Assembly: GCA_016839055.1 (NCBI GenBank)
Contig: JAEKNX010000014.1
Location: forward strand, 68,051 to 132,050
Direction: 5' to 3'
Length of the DNA: 64,000 nt
Source of the DNA: Spirochaetales bacterium
GTDB lineage: Bacteria; Spirochaetota; Spirochaetia; UBA9216
Below the pieces are notes generated by a model. The model had not been told where the DNA came from. It worked only from the letters and a program-made list of their open reading frames with translations, and did no database searches. The number at the start of each line of letters is the position of its first letter. The stretch's first letter is position 1. Shown here in pieces: positions 49,808-59,821 of this stretch. Both the position numbers and the translations under genes were made by a program.

Positions 49808-50391
49808 TACCTGTCTCCTTCTATCAAATCTTCTTTTTCAAGAAGATAATCTTCTTCCTGGGACTTAAGAAACTGCCTTGCCATAATAAGCGAATCAGCA
49901 TCATTCAAATCACCAAGAACTTCAATCATCTCCGATCTCTTCACCGAATAACCGTCAGTCCGCCCGTCCTTCTCAAGCCTTCGCTCAATCTCAAGCTCAA
50001 AACCGCCGTCAAACATAATTGCCTGAAGCAGCATTCCACTGATATCTCCTGTCGGAGGAGTATCAATGTGGTCGGAACTGAAAAAAAACCCAAGTCTGGT
50101 CCCCTTCCCTTTTTCAGAATCAAGCTTCCAATCTCCGTCGGATTGCTCTACAGCCTGTATCAGAAAAGGAATGCCCAAACCTACCCGGCGCGCCCTATGC
50201 TTATGCCCGTCCGTATAAAATGGATCAACAGCCTTCTTCAGCTCTTGTTCCGTCATCCCGCATCCGTCATCAGTTATTTCTATCGAGAGACGATGTTGAG
50301 TCTCTATAATGGATAATTTAATCCGCTGGGCTCCGGCCTCGATAGAATTCTGCAGACAGTCCAGGATGAAATCACAGACCGCAGCGTGCAT
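49807..50391 (-). CDS. Stand-alone HATPase protein embedded in hydrogenase operon
   Basis: QNSIEAGA, DDGCGM, DPFYT, GLGIP, HIDTPP.GD. Confidence 0.85.
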   Translation of the reverse strand: MHAAVCDFILDCLQNSIEAGAQRIKLSIIETQHRLSIEITDDGCGMTEQELKKAVDPFYTDGHKHRARRVGLGIPFLIQAVEQSDGDWKLDSEKGKGTRLGFFFSSDHIDTPPTGDISGMLLQAIMFDGGFELEIERRLEKDGRTDGYSVKRSEMIEVLGDLNDADSLIMARQFLKSQEEDYLLEKEDLIEGDR

Positions 50392-50392
50392 C

Positions 50393-50881
50393 CTAGCCCT
50401 TTTCTTTAAACCTGGCTAGAACCTCAGGCAGTTCATCCTTGGTAACCTTTCCGAATACTTCTCCGCCCACAATCATTACGGGGGCAAGTCCGCAGCAGCC
50501 TACGCAGCGTACTGACTCAATTGAAAAAAGTCCGTCGTCAGTTACTTCGTTAACCGCAATTCCGAGCAGCGTTTCGAGTTCATTGATTAAGTCCTCACCG
50601 CCTTTTAAATAGCATGCGGTGCCCATACAAACCTGGACATTATACTTTCCTGGTTTGTCAAGTTTGAAAAAATGATAAAAAGTGATAACGCCATAGATCT
50701 TCGCAAGCGGAGCATCAAGCATGTTCGATACTCTAATTGCCGCCTCACGCGGAATAAAGCCGAATTCTTCCTGCACTCTGTGCAGCACCATTATCAAATT
50801 ACCGGGTTTGGTTTTCCATTCCTCGATATACGATATAAGTTCTTTTGAAAACTCTATCTGAGGAGCCGTTTCAACAGCCAT
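50393..50881 (-). CDS. hydC: NuoE-like [2Fe-2S] subunit (HydC/HndA)
   Basis: CMGTAC, CVGCCGLAP. Confidence 0.93.
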   Translation of the reverse strand: MAVETAPQIEFSKELISYIEEWKTKPGNLIMVLHRVQEEFGFIPREAAIRVSNMLDAPLAKIYGVITFYHFFKLDKPGKYNVQVCMGTACYLKGGEDLINELETLLGIAVNEVTDDGLFSIESVRCVGCCGLAPVMIVGGEVFGKVTKDELPEVLARFKEKG

Positions 50882-51055
50882 AGGTCCTCCTGTCAGTGAT
50901 TTTATTGAGATTCTATCTTCAGTACAAGCATAATTGTATAAAGTAAAATGTCAATACATATAACTTATTTAATCAAGTTTTTATCCACCTCTATTCATGT
51001 TTTTGAATATAAAGAGTTGATATTTTCTCAACAAACTTGTATAATCAGCAGTATA

Positions 51056-51073
51056 TTGTGAATGGCGTAACAA
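51056..51073. promoter_or_regulatory. Rex operator
   Basis: TTGTGAA-TGGC-GTAACAA vs consensus TTGTGAA-N4-TTCACAA; weaker sites at 51017-34 and 51088-105. Confidence 0.65.
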
Positions 51074-51124
51074 CAAAAAACAGTTATATTTACTTTTTTT
51101 CACAACAAGGAGCTTTATTAACAG

Positions 51125-51781
51125 ATGAACAAAGAATTGATCCTCAGACTATCAAAATACAAAAGACTGCTTTACAAGCTGAAAGCCCTGGGTCTTGAAA
51201 GAGTATTTTCCAACAACCTAGGCGATGCCATTGCCGTAGCGCCGTCACTAGTAAGAAAAGATTTTTCAGTCCTCAGTCTTGCGGGCAACAAGCGGGGAGG
51301 CTATGACATCGATATGCTTATTGAGAAACTCGATGTCATCCTGGGCAGAGATAAACCGCAGGAAGTGATAGTAGCAGGATGCGGAAGAATCGGGACGGCA
51401 CTCATGCAGTATGAAGAGTTCAGGAATGAGGGAATCAAGATAATCGCCGGATTTGATATAGCCCCTGAAAATGTCTCGAAGACTTCAGGAGTTCCAATCT
51501 ATCACATGAAGGAAATGAAGGAATTCGTCGAAAAGAACGAGACAAAGGTCGGAATAATAACCGTCCCCGACAGCGCGGCTGCCCAGACTCTCGATCTCAT
51601 GATTGAAGCGGGAATCCGCGGCGTGCTCAACTTCGCGGCAATTGAACTGCGAACAAACCGTAATGAAGATACAACCGAGAACCAAACAAGATGCACAATT
51701 CACAACATCAACATCTGTCTTGAACTCGAGCACCTCTTCTATCAGGTAAACGTGGCAAATGTACTGCCAGAGGTCACTTAA
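51125..51781 (+). CDS. rex: Redox-sensing transcriptional repressor Rex
   Basis: RLSKY.R, VRKDFS, GCGRIGTAL, AGFD, GVLNFA. Confidence 0.93.
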   Translation: MNKELILRLSKYKRLLYKLKALGLERVFSNNLGDAIAVAPSLVRKDFSVLSLAGNKRGGYDIDMLIEKLDVILGRDKPQEVIVAGCGRIGTALMQYEEFRNEGIKIIAGFDIAPENVSKTSGVPIYHMKEMKEFVEKNETKVGIITVPDSAAAQTLDLMIEAGIRGVLNFAAIELRTNRNEDTTENQTRCTIHNINICLELEHLFYQVNVANVLPEVT

Positions 51782-52817
51782 CTGCCTCCAGCTCAAGAAT
51801 AACAGGAAAGTGGTCGGAGCAGCCGGCACCCGTCCCACTCTGCCACCGGAGCGGGCTGCCGTCAGACGCAGTGTTAAAATCCAGCGCCGCCGCTCTGAAG
51901 CCGGCGTACTCAAGCCCCTCCCGGTCGAAGGCTGCAGCATTTAAAAAAAACTGATCGATAGTCTCCCACGTCCCGTTGTAGAAATAACTACCTTCATACT
52001 CAGCATCTACCCAGGGATTATAGAGTCCTATCTCACTATCTGCTGTCATTCCAGCCTTTGAATCGACATAATACATAGTCTCCTCCGAAGGAGTCTCCCC
52101 TGTCTCCGCTGCAGGCATTATAGCAGTGCGATAAGAATGGTTAACCCGGTTGAACTCATCATGGGATTCATTGAAATCACCCGCCGCAATGATAAGCAGA
52201 TCAGCCGACTCTGCAGCAGCCTTTTTAATCAGAGAATTAAGAAGACCCGCTGATGCGCTTCTTGATTCTTCGGTTTCCTCAGGACCTCCAAGTTTGGATT
52301 TCCAGTGGTTCAGAAAGACCTTAAATCCGCCCGCACCTTCGCCAAAATCAATCTCGGCAATGTTCCGGCCTGAGTTCTTCCCCCGCAAATTTACTGCATG
52401 GTTCTTAACCGAAAGCACGGGAAGCCTACTGAGGACTCCACATCCTATTGCCGAGTCCTGTGTTGGGAAAAACACGGCATAGCTGTAATTGCAAGCCTTC
52501 AGATATCCATCATTTAGAAGTTTGAGCGCATTTTCATTCTCAACCTCCTGCAGCAGTACAATATCAGGCCCTCCGGCGGCAGCCGCGCTAATTACCTCCG
52601 AAAGAGCGGCGGCCTTGCGGTTGAAGAGATCATTATTCCATTCTCCGTTGGATGGATCAAACTCATAATATTCCGTTCCGTCATCAACATCGTCAAAGAG
52701 ATTCTGAACATTCCACGACATAAGATGCAGGGTCTCTCCGCCGTCCTCATTCAGACAACAGGAAAGAACAAAGACGAACAAAAAAAGCAGCAATGCTGAC
52801 ATTCTACTTACCTTCAT
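51774..52817 (-). CDS. Exported endonuclease/exonuclease/phosphatase lipoprotein
   Basis: VLSC lipobox, SWNVQNLFD, QEVEN, NHWKSK, GDFN, SDHFP. Confidence 0.88.
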   Translation of the reverse strand: MKVSRMSALLLFLFVFVLSCCLNEDGGETLHLMSWNVQNLFDDVDDGTEYYEFDPSNGEWNNDLFNRKAAALSEVISAAAAGGPDIVLLQEVENENALKLLNDGYLKACNYSYAVFFPTQDSAIGCGVLSRLPVLSVKNHAVNLRGKNSGRNIAEIDFGEGAGGFKVFLNHWKSKLGGPEETEESRSASAGLLNSLIKKAAAESADLLIIAAGDFNESHDEFNRVNHSYRTAIMPAAETGETPSEETMYYVDSKAGMTADSEIGLYNPWVDAEYEGSYFYNGTWETIDQFFLNAAAFDREGLEYAGFRAAALDFNTASDGSPLRWQSGTGAGCSDHFPVILELEAVK

Positions 52818-52957
52818 GAAATTCTATAACCGGTTTTTTTCGTGGTGATTGAATTACGACAACGATTTAGGAAAAAATTATTAAAAATTTTACTATGAGC
52901 TGATGAGATTATTGATTATCGGCATTATCATAATCAAGGTATGGGTCCAAATCAACA

Positions 52958-52993
52958 AAGAGGGCCATCCCGTTCTTACAGGAGTGCCCTCTT
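52958..52993 (-). terminator. Probable terminator after clpP-purC
   Basis: AAGAGGGC...GCCCTCTT inverted repeat followed by T-rich run on the minus strand. Confidence 0.55.
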
Positions 52994-53015
52994 ATTTATC
53001 TTTAAAATTATATTC

Positions 53016-53984
53016 TCAAGTTTTCAGATAAGCGATTATCGCCTTAATCTCATCTTCAGAAGAAAGCGATTCGGGAATAAACTCTTCCCCGGTAATCTGC
53101 TCAAACGCCTGAATGTAACGGTTTGAAACTTCGAGCCTCACCTCATCGGGAATCTGCGGGATTTCCCCCTTACCCATGAAGTTTTTCTCTTCAATCAGCC
53201 ACTGACGAAGGTATTCCTTGTCAATCTCCCTCTGTTTCCCGCCGGCATTAAAGAGCTCGGGGTAGGTATCGGCGTACCAGATACGGCTAGAGTCGGGGGT
53301 GTGCATCTCATCAACTATCACAAGTTCGCCGCCCAGGAGACCAAACTCATATTTTGTGTCAACGAGAATCAGCCCGCGCGACGCGAGAGTATCACTTCCG
53401 AATTCAAACAGCTCGAGGGCGGTCTTTTCAACCTTCCTCCAAAGACCTTCCTCAACCAAGCCTGTACTTACAATTTCTGCACTGCTGATAGGCATGTCAT
53501 GCTCACCCTGCTCCGCCTTTGTGGACGGGGTCAGGAGAGGAGTATCGAACCTCTGGTTCATCTTCATGCCGGAGGGAAGCTCAATACCAGAAACAGCCTT
53601 TCCCTCCTGATAATCGCGCCAGGCTGAACCCGTAAGATATCCCCTTACAACAACTTCAACCGGGAGAACTTCACATTTCTTCACGGCAATGGTCCGTGCA
53701 GTAATCTTTTCAGAGATATGGTTAGGAATGATGTTTCCGGTATTTTCAAACCAGAAGAGGGAAAGCCTGTTAAGAATCTCGCCTTTAAAAGGAATTGTGG
53801 ACAGGATTCTGTCGAAAGCAGAGATTCTATCCGTTGTAGATAGAACAAGACCCGCCTCTGTCGTAAAAATATCTCTGACTTTACCGGAGACAAACTTGGC
53901 GGAAGATGGAACTGACTCCGCTTTAAATCCGCTGAAAGTACTGTCTAAATATTTCATGACATCCATCTTATCCATTTCTACCAC
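53016..53984 (-). CDS. purC: SAICAR synthetase
   Basis: GKVRD, DRISAFD, EVVVRGYLTGS, TPSTKA, DTKYEFG, DEMHTPDSSR. Confidence 0.95.
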   Translation of the reverse strand: MVEMDKMDVMKYLDSTFSGFKAESVPSSAKFVSGKVRDIFTTEAGLVLSTTDRISAFDRILSTIPFKGEILNRLSLFWFENTGNIIPNHISEKITARTIAVKKCEVLPVEVVVRGYLTGSAWRDYQEGKAVSGIELPSGMKMNQRFDTPLLTPSTKAEQGEHDMPISSAEIVSTGLVEEGLWRKVEKTALELFEFGSDTLASRGLILVDTKYEFGLLGGELVIVDEMHTPDSSRIWYADTYPELFNAGGKQREIDKEYLRQWLIEEKNFMGKGEIPQIPDEVRLEVSNRYIQAFEQITGEEFIPESLSSEDEIKAIIAYLKT

Positions 53985-54559
53985 TCGCTTCTCTTAACCA
54001 TTGTTTTGGAAATCAAACCATATTTGAGCGCCTCATTTGCTCCCATCCAGTAGTCCCTGTCGGTATCTTTCTCAACTCTCTCGAGCTTCTGTCCCGTCTC
54101 ATCAGCGATCAGATTATTCAGTTTAACCCTGAGTATTTCAAGTTCTTTCGCGTGGATTTCAATTTCGGTTGCAACTCCTCTCATTCCTGAAAGCGGCTGA
54201 TGAATAAGATAGCGCGAATTGGGAAGTCCGAACCGTCTCTCTTTGGGAGCGGCAAGAAGAATCAGTGCTCCGGCACTGGCGACAAGTCCCATTCCAACAG
54301 TATAAACATCGGGTTTAACAAATCTTATCATATCAAAAATTGCAAATCCGGCATCAACATCACCGCCGGGTGAATCGATGAACACCTTGATTGGCTCATC
54401 CGAATCAGCTTCAAGGAGAATAAGCTGTTTAACAACCTTTTCGGCAAGTTCTTTATTCACTTCTCCGGAAAGAAGGATTGTCCTTGTTTTGAGTATTTTT
54501 TCGCTTAATGCTTCTGCTTCCGGCTTATCGTTGCCGTTATTTTTTTCTTTTTCACTCAT
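53978..54559 (-). CDS. clpP: ATP-dependent Clp protease proteolytic subunit
   Basis: DSPGG, VASAG, IHQP, DTDRDYW. Confidence 0.95.
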   Translation of the reverse strand: MSEKEKNNGNDKPEAEALSEKILKTRTILLSGEVNKELAEKVVKQLILLEADSDEPIKVFIDSPGGDVDAGFAIFDMIRFVKPDVYTVGMGLVASAGALILLAAPKERRFGLPNSRYLIHQPLSGMRGVATEIEIHAKELEILRVKLNNLIADETGQKLERVEKDTDRDYWMGANEALKYGLISKTMVKRSEW

Positions 54560-54692
54560 AGAATTAGCTCCTGATTTTATTTATACTCCAATCTATCGAC
54601 TATAATCGATTATCCTCGAAAGTCTCTGACTTTCTGAGATAACATGTTGATTAGCCCCTTGTCAATTGTATAGAATTTACTACAATAGAGCA

Positions 54693-55592
54693 ATGAAGTC
54701 AGCATTTGTATCGATAATTGGACGCCCTTCGGCGGGAAAATCCACACTTTTAAATAAAATTTGCGGTGAGAAGGTCTCAATTGTCTCACCGGTACCCCAG
54801 ACAACCAGAAACAAGATAAGAGGGATAATCACGCGTGACACAGGTCAACTGGTTTTCATCGACACTCCCGGTTATCATAACTCTGACAAGAAGTTCAATA
54901 ACTACCTGAAAGATCTTGCAGGCTCATCTCTTGCAGAGTCCGATCTGGTGCTCTATGTAATAGATACGACAAGGGCACCCGGAGCCGAAGAAGAAGAACT
55001 TCTCGAGCTGCTTAAACCTATAGCAGCTAAAACCCTTATACTATTTAATAAAACCGATCTGCCGGAGAAAAACATTCAGAGAGCGGCAGCTTATATTGAG
55101 GAAAAAGCACCTGGATGCTTCAGCCCTGAATCAATCTTTCCAGTGTCAGCCGAGTCCGGCGACGGAATCAGCAGGGTAATTCAACATCTTTATGACATGG
55201 CTCCCGAAGGGGAACAGATGTACCCTGATGATTATTACACCGACCAGCAGCCCGAGTTCAGAGTAATGGAAATAATCAGGGAGAAGGCAATAAACATCTC
55301 CAGACAGGAACTTCCCCATTCAATCTATGTTGAAATTGCGGATATGGAAATGAAACATAACGAAGACGGCAGCGTAAAAAAACTATGGGTCAGGGCCTTT
55401 CTCGTTGCCGAGCGGGAGAGTCAGAAGGGCATCCTCGTTGGCCATGGCGGCGAAAATATAAAAAACATCAGGGGCGATGCTCAGCGGGAGCTGAACCAGA
55501 TATTCCCATACCGCGTACATCTTGACCTCCGAGTCAAGGTAAATCAGAAATGGCGGAGAAACGACGGCCTCCTGAAGCGTATGCTGTTCTAG
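54693..55592 (+). CDS. era: GTPase Era
   Basis: GRPSAGKS, PQTTR, DTPG, NKTD, KH domain. Confidence 0.95.
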   Translation: MKSAFVSIIGRPSAGKSTLLNKICGEKVSIVSPVPQTTRNKIRGIITRDTGQLVFIDTPGYHNSDKKFNNYLKDLAGSSLAESDLVLYVIDTTRAPGAEEEELLELLKPIAAKTLILFNKTDLPEKNIQRAAAYIEEKAPGCFSPESIFPVSAESGDGISRVIQHLYDMAPEGEQMYPDDYYTDQQPEFRVMEIIREKAINISRQELPHSIYVEIADMEMKHNEDGSVKKLWVRAFLVAERESQKGILVGHGGENIKNIRGDAQRELNQIFPYRVHLDLRVKVNQKWRRNDGLLKRMLF

Positions 55593-56773
55593 GTATTGTC
55601 GCTTTTTTTCCCTCTCTGGAATATTCTGTAGGGAGTACCCGGCAAAGTCTTCTCTACCATATCATCATAGGCTTTTACATCCCTCGGGCGGACCCTTCCG
55701 CCCAGGGCCTTTATTGTTCCGAGCAGCTCAGTAATATCGTGTTTCTGTTTCTTGGTCGGGTTAATAAAAGCAATTCCGTAATGACGATGGTGCTCCAGAG
55801 TCTTCTTCCATTTAATAATGCCGTCAACATCGGCTGAATTATATCCGAGCATACAATAAAACCCGCAGAACTCCCCCATATCCATATCGAGCATTGTCTC
55901 TATGCAGGCCCCGGTTGTGGAGAAATTTATGAGCCTGGCCGGAAGAATTTCACCCCGGTATCTGAATGAAACACTTACATTGACCGAATAACGCTCAAAC
56001 ATCCGATTATCCTCGTCTCCCGTTCCACCTTCGGTCTCTCCGAGTCCCAGCCGGTGAAGAATACTCAGCATATTCTCGAGCCCTTCCTTCTCTGTTTCCG
56101 TCAAATTCTTGAACATCACACCATAACCGGGCAGGCTGCAGTCATCTGTTACCGACCGCATAACAATCCCCTTAACAGAGATAGATATCTCGTTCCCCAG
56201 TGACAGCCTGAGCGGACACAGAGAACCGACCTTGATATTTTCAGAAATTCGGATAAAACATCCGCCGATGGAAATATCTTCAAGATAGCCAATCTCATAG
56301 GTTCCGCCGAATTCAAGAGAAACCCCAAGCTCGATATCGTACCTGCTTGCCTGCTCCCACCAGCGGAGCCGGGGATTGAAATACGGAGCAATAATATGTT
56401 TTCTAAAGAAGAAGCCCGCGGTAATAAAAAGAAGAAGATTGAAGATGATTACGCCAAAAAGCGAGATCATCGGATTATTGATGTAGGCTATTATATTGTA
56501 GATGGCTACCCCGACTGCAGAAACAATAAATAACCACCACCCCGCCCTTGTTACGGAAAAAACAGATACGGCGGCAACGGGATATACAAGCAGAATAAGA
56601 ATGTCGGTAATAATTAGTCTTCTAAATATACTTCCGGCTCCCCATAACGGCAGCATGTTTATATAAGCATTAGCGGTTATCGTTAAAAGGGGCGTAAGAA
56701 ACAATAGAACAGCAAAGAACGTAATACTTTTGGGACGCCTCAGACTTTTCACGATGTGACTCCTTAATAACAT
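55589..56773 (-). CDS. Membrane protein with two PilZ domains (c-di-GMP effector)
   Basis: 4 TM, RWWEQASRY...DISIGG, RMFERY...NFSTTG; start reassigned to 56773. Confidence 0.8.
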   Translation of the reverse strand: MLLRSHIVKSLRRPKSITFFAVLLFLTPLLTITANAYINMLPLWGAGSIFRRLIITDILILLVYPVAAVSVFSVTRAGWWLFIVSAVGVAIYNIIAYINNPMISLFGVIIFNLLLFITAGFFFRKHIIAPYFNPRLRWWEQASRYDIELGVSLEFGGTYEIGYLEDISIGGCFIRISENIKVGSLCPLRLSLGNEISISVKGIVMRSVTDDCSLPGYGVMFKNLTETEKEGLENMLSILHRLGLGETEGGTGDEDNRMFERYSVNVSVSFRYRGEILPARLINFSTTGACIETMLDMDMGEFCGFYCMLGYNSADVDGIIKWKKTLEHHRHYGIAFINPTKKQKHDITELLGTIKALGGRVRPRDVKAYDDMVEKTLPGTPYRIFQRGKKSDNT

Positions 56774-56879
56774 TATAATTATACTAAAAGTGTACCGCAT
56801 TTTCAAACATCCTGCATCAAGAAAATGAAAAACCACCTTAGATCTTGATATCCGAATTTTATTGGCTATAATTATTAGT

Positions 56880-58145
56880 ATGAAGGTGAAGAATCCCGTT
56901 TCGATTATTTCAATCCTGCTGCTATCCGCTGTTCTGCTCTCAGGCAGCGGTTGCTCCCTCTTTATTCTGGGATCAACCCTTGATCCATCAGAGTATCTGC
57001 CCAAGGCTGTGCTGATAATTGTAAGTGAAGAAGTCTATCCCGAAATAGCGGATCGCATAACCACCTACCAGGACGACATTTCTGCCGATGGAATTGCAAG
57101 CAGAACAATCATCTGGAACAGCGGCGATAGCGCTGTCGACCTTAAGTTCCTAATACAATCCGCGGTTCCCTCCGCAGACACTGGCTTTTTTATCGGAGAT
57201 ATTCCGGCGGCATGGTATGAACAGAAGGCTTTCGGATCGGAGGAAGTATTTCCTACCGACCTGTTCTACATGGATACTGATTCAATATGGAGCGATTCCG
57301 ATGATAATGGGCGCTATGACTCTCACAGCAATCTGAGCGTTGACTTTGTAGTCTCCAGGGCAACAGGCACCGCCGAAGAACTCAATTTCTACTTCGACAA
57401 GCTTCACGGATACCGGAGCGGGACAACCCCCGCCTACGACGGCGCGTTTATCTTCAAGGATGATGACTGGCACAACAGCTACCGCGGAAACAACTTTGGC
57501 CTGGACACCATTTACGGCAGCGTATCCACGTTTCAGGACTCAGGAGATACTACACGCAGTTCCTATCTAAGCATGATGTTAAACGAAGGCTCAGAATATG
57601 TTTATCAATGGATTCATGCCTACCCCCCGGTTCTTTTTATTGATGTGGACGGTAATTACGAAATAATCAGATCACAGGATATCGGGGATGGTACCTTCAA
57701 GGGGAATTTCTACAACCTCTTCGACTGTCAGGCTGCCCGTTTTACAGTTAGAAATTTAGCAGCGAGCTATCTCAATACGACCGATTCAGGTATAGCGGTC
57801 ATAGGTTCGACTAAAACCGGAGGAATGTACTATCCAGTAGAGTTCCACAAAGCCCTGGCTTCCGGAGGATGCTGGGGATCGGCCTATAAGGCATGGTATA
57901 ATACAAACGGCTGGGCGGATGACGAGTGGTTTCTCGGGATGATAATAATGGGAGATCCTGCAATTCGTCCATACAACGCCGCGGGTTCGGATCTTTCCAA
58001 GGGAAGCCGATCCGTGTCGAATATTATACCCCTATCAGATGAGAGAAAGGACGAGATGTACCTGCAATTGCGGGATTTCAAGCCGTCAACCGAGCTGCCT
58101 GTTGACCTGCAAAGTGAGATAGAACAGAGACTGAATGATTACTAG
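56880..58145 (+). CDS. Lipoprotein, peptidase C25 (gingipain/caspase-fold)-like
   Basis: SGSGC lipobox, IGDIP, PTDLFYMD, putative dyad IHA / DCQA, IMGDP. Confidence 0.65.
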   Translation: MKVKNPVSIISILLLSAVLLSGSGCSLFILGSTLDPSEYLPKAVLIIVSEEVYPEIADRITTYQDDISADGIASRTIIWNSGDSAVDLKFLIQSAVPSADTGFFIGDIPAAWYEQKAFGSEEVFPTDLFYMDTDSIWSDSDDNGRYDSHSNLSVDFVVSRATGTAEELNFYFDKLHGYRSGTTPAYDGAFIFKDDDWHNSYRGNNFGLDTIYGSVSTFQDSGDTTRSSYLSMMLNEGSEYVYQWIHAYPPVLFIDVDGNYEIIRSQDIGDGTFKGNFYNLFDCQAARFTVRNLAASYLNTTDSGIAVIGSTKTGGMYYPVEFHKALASGGCWGSAYKAWYNTNGWADDEWFLGMIIMGDPAIRPYNAAGSDLSKGSRSVSNIIPLSDERKDEMYLQLRDFKPSTELPVDLQSEIEQRLNDY

Positions 58146-58185
58146 CAGACTTGCCACAATATTATAATAATGCAAAACTGCACTA

Positions 58186-59370
58186 ATGAGAAAGATTACA
58201 ACGCTTTTTACTGCCATCCTCATCTCCGCTGCAGCCTTCGGTCAAAGCGCCCCGCCGCCGCCGGAAATTAACGCGGCCTCCGCCATTCTGATTGAATCGG
58301 GCACAGGGGCCGTCCTCTATGAGAAAAACGCGGATTCACTCATTCCTCCGGCGTCCATGACAAAACTCATGACAATTCATGTTGCACTGAACTCAATAAA
58401 AGCCGGAGTCGTGACCGCCGCCAGCCTTGTACCAGTTTCGGAGGCCGCCGACTTTCGCAGCCTGCCGCCACGCTCATCCCTCATGTTTCTTGAAAAGGGA
58501 CAGAAGGTCAGCCTGACGGAACTCTTAAAGGGTCTTGCGCTGCCCTCCGGCAACGACGCAGGCATTGCGGTGGCTGAGTTTATAGCCGGAAGTGTGAGTG
58601 AATATGTGGCACTGATGAACCTTGAGGCTGAAAGACTCGGCCTTGTTAACACCCATTTCGATGACGCCTCGGGACTCTCGGAGAAAAACATGACAACAGC
58701 CCGTGAATTTGCGTCCTTCTGCGCCTTCTACCTGAATAAGCACCCTGAAGCCTCGACAGAACTCCATATGCTGACGACTTTCACCTATCCCGAAGATCAC
58801 AACCTGCCCGAAGGTGGTGTCAGCGTACATGGGCCCATAAAACAACCGAACCACAATCTTTTAATAGGACGAATGAAAAACGTCGACGGACTCAAGACCG
58901 GATACATAGACGAATCAGGCTTCAACCTTGCTGCTTCCGCTGAGTTCGAAGGCCGAAGATTCATCCTCGTTACAATGGGAGGCCCGGGCCGAAGCTCCCG
59001 TGACGGCAGCATCAGGCGTGCAATAGATGGAGCAGCTCTGTTTAACTACGGATTTTATGGATGGACGACATTCACCCCCGAGGTGCCCGAAAACCAGCAG
59101 CTCAGGATTTGGGGAGGCGAGAAGAACATGTTAAATCTAAGATACAGTCCGGCAAACACGCTTACAGTTCCTGCGCCGGATACAGGTTTCTTAGAGTTAA
59201 CATCCGAATATATAGATATCGATTACCCCGTCAAGAAAGACTCAATTGTCGGCAGCTGGAAATTGGCCGACAGGAATGGATCAATCCTGCAAAGCGGAAC
59301 AATAAATGCAGCGGAAGACGTACAGGAGGGAAATATTTTCAAGAGAATCATCGACAGAATCAGACAATAA
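58186..59370 (+). CDS. dacA: D-alanyl-D-alanine carboxypeptidase (peptidase S11)
   Basis: PASMTK, SGND, KTG. Confidence 0.9.
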   Translation: MRKITTLFTAILISAAAFGQSAPPPPEINAASAILIESGTGAVLYEKNADSLIPPASMTKLMTIHVALNSIKAGVVTAASLVPVSEAADFRSLPPRSSLMFLEKGQKVSLTELLKGLALPSGNDAGIAVAEFIAGSVSEYVALMNLEAERLGLVNTHFDDASGLSEKNMTTAREFASFCAFYLNKHPEASTELHMLTTFTYPEDHNLPEGGVSVHGPIKQPNHNLLIGRMKNVDGLKTGYIDESGFNLAASAEFEGRRFILVTMGGPGRSSRDGSIRRAIDGAALFNYGFYGWTTFTPEVPENQQLRIWGGEKNMLNLRYSPANTLTVPAPDTGFLELTSEYIDIDYPVKKDSIVGSWKLADRNGSILQSGTINAAEDVQEGNIFKRIIDRIRQ

Positions 59371-59737
59371 GAGTAATTTCTTTGCTCGCGAGAAAGACCC
59401 TCAGATGCTCTCTGTTCACCGGCTTCTCAAGATAACCGTCATAATCAATTGCGGCAAGCCGCTTTCGAAAAACCTTCTGGGGGTAGGCAGAGATGAAAAA
59501 CACCTTAGTATCCGGATACTCCGCTTTTATTGCCACGCAGGCATCGAGACCGTCTTCCTTTGTGGCCATGTTTATATCCAGGAAGGCTACTTCAGGTCTC
59601 AGTTCCCGTACGGCATTGAGTGCTTCAGCACCATTTTGAGCCTCAAACTGAATATCCAAGCCGAAGGAGGACAAGGTCATGGAGAGAAATAATCGTAGTA
59701 TGCTTTCATCTTCTGCAATAATCGCTCTGGTTCTCAC
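59360..59737 (-). CDS. Single-domain response regulator
   Basis: IAEDE, FLDINM, ISA, EKP. Confidence 0.88.
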   Translation of the reverse strand: MRTRAIIAEDESILRLFLSMTLSSFGLDIQFEAQNGAEALNAVRELRPEVAFLDINMATKEDGLDACVAIKAEYPDTKVFFISAYPQKVFRKRLAAIDYDGYLEKPVNREHLRVFLASKEITLIV

Positions 59738-59821
59738 TATCCTTAAGTCTACTATAGACCAATCCCCTTTTCAAGAAAACAATCGATTCTTTATTACTAT
59801 TCGAAAAGTCGAGGCGCTATC

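Noticed and set aside
45843-50881. Hydrogenase as a novel system
   Set aside because: Standard tetrameric group A3 electron-bifurcating enzyme with canonical motifs.
56773-57004. Apparent overlap of the divergent PilZ and C25 genes
   Set aside because: Artefact of longest-ORF starts; the probable starts at 56773 and 56880 leave a normal promoter gap.
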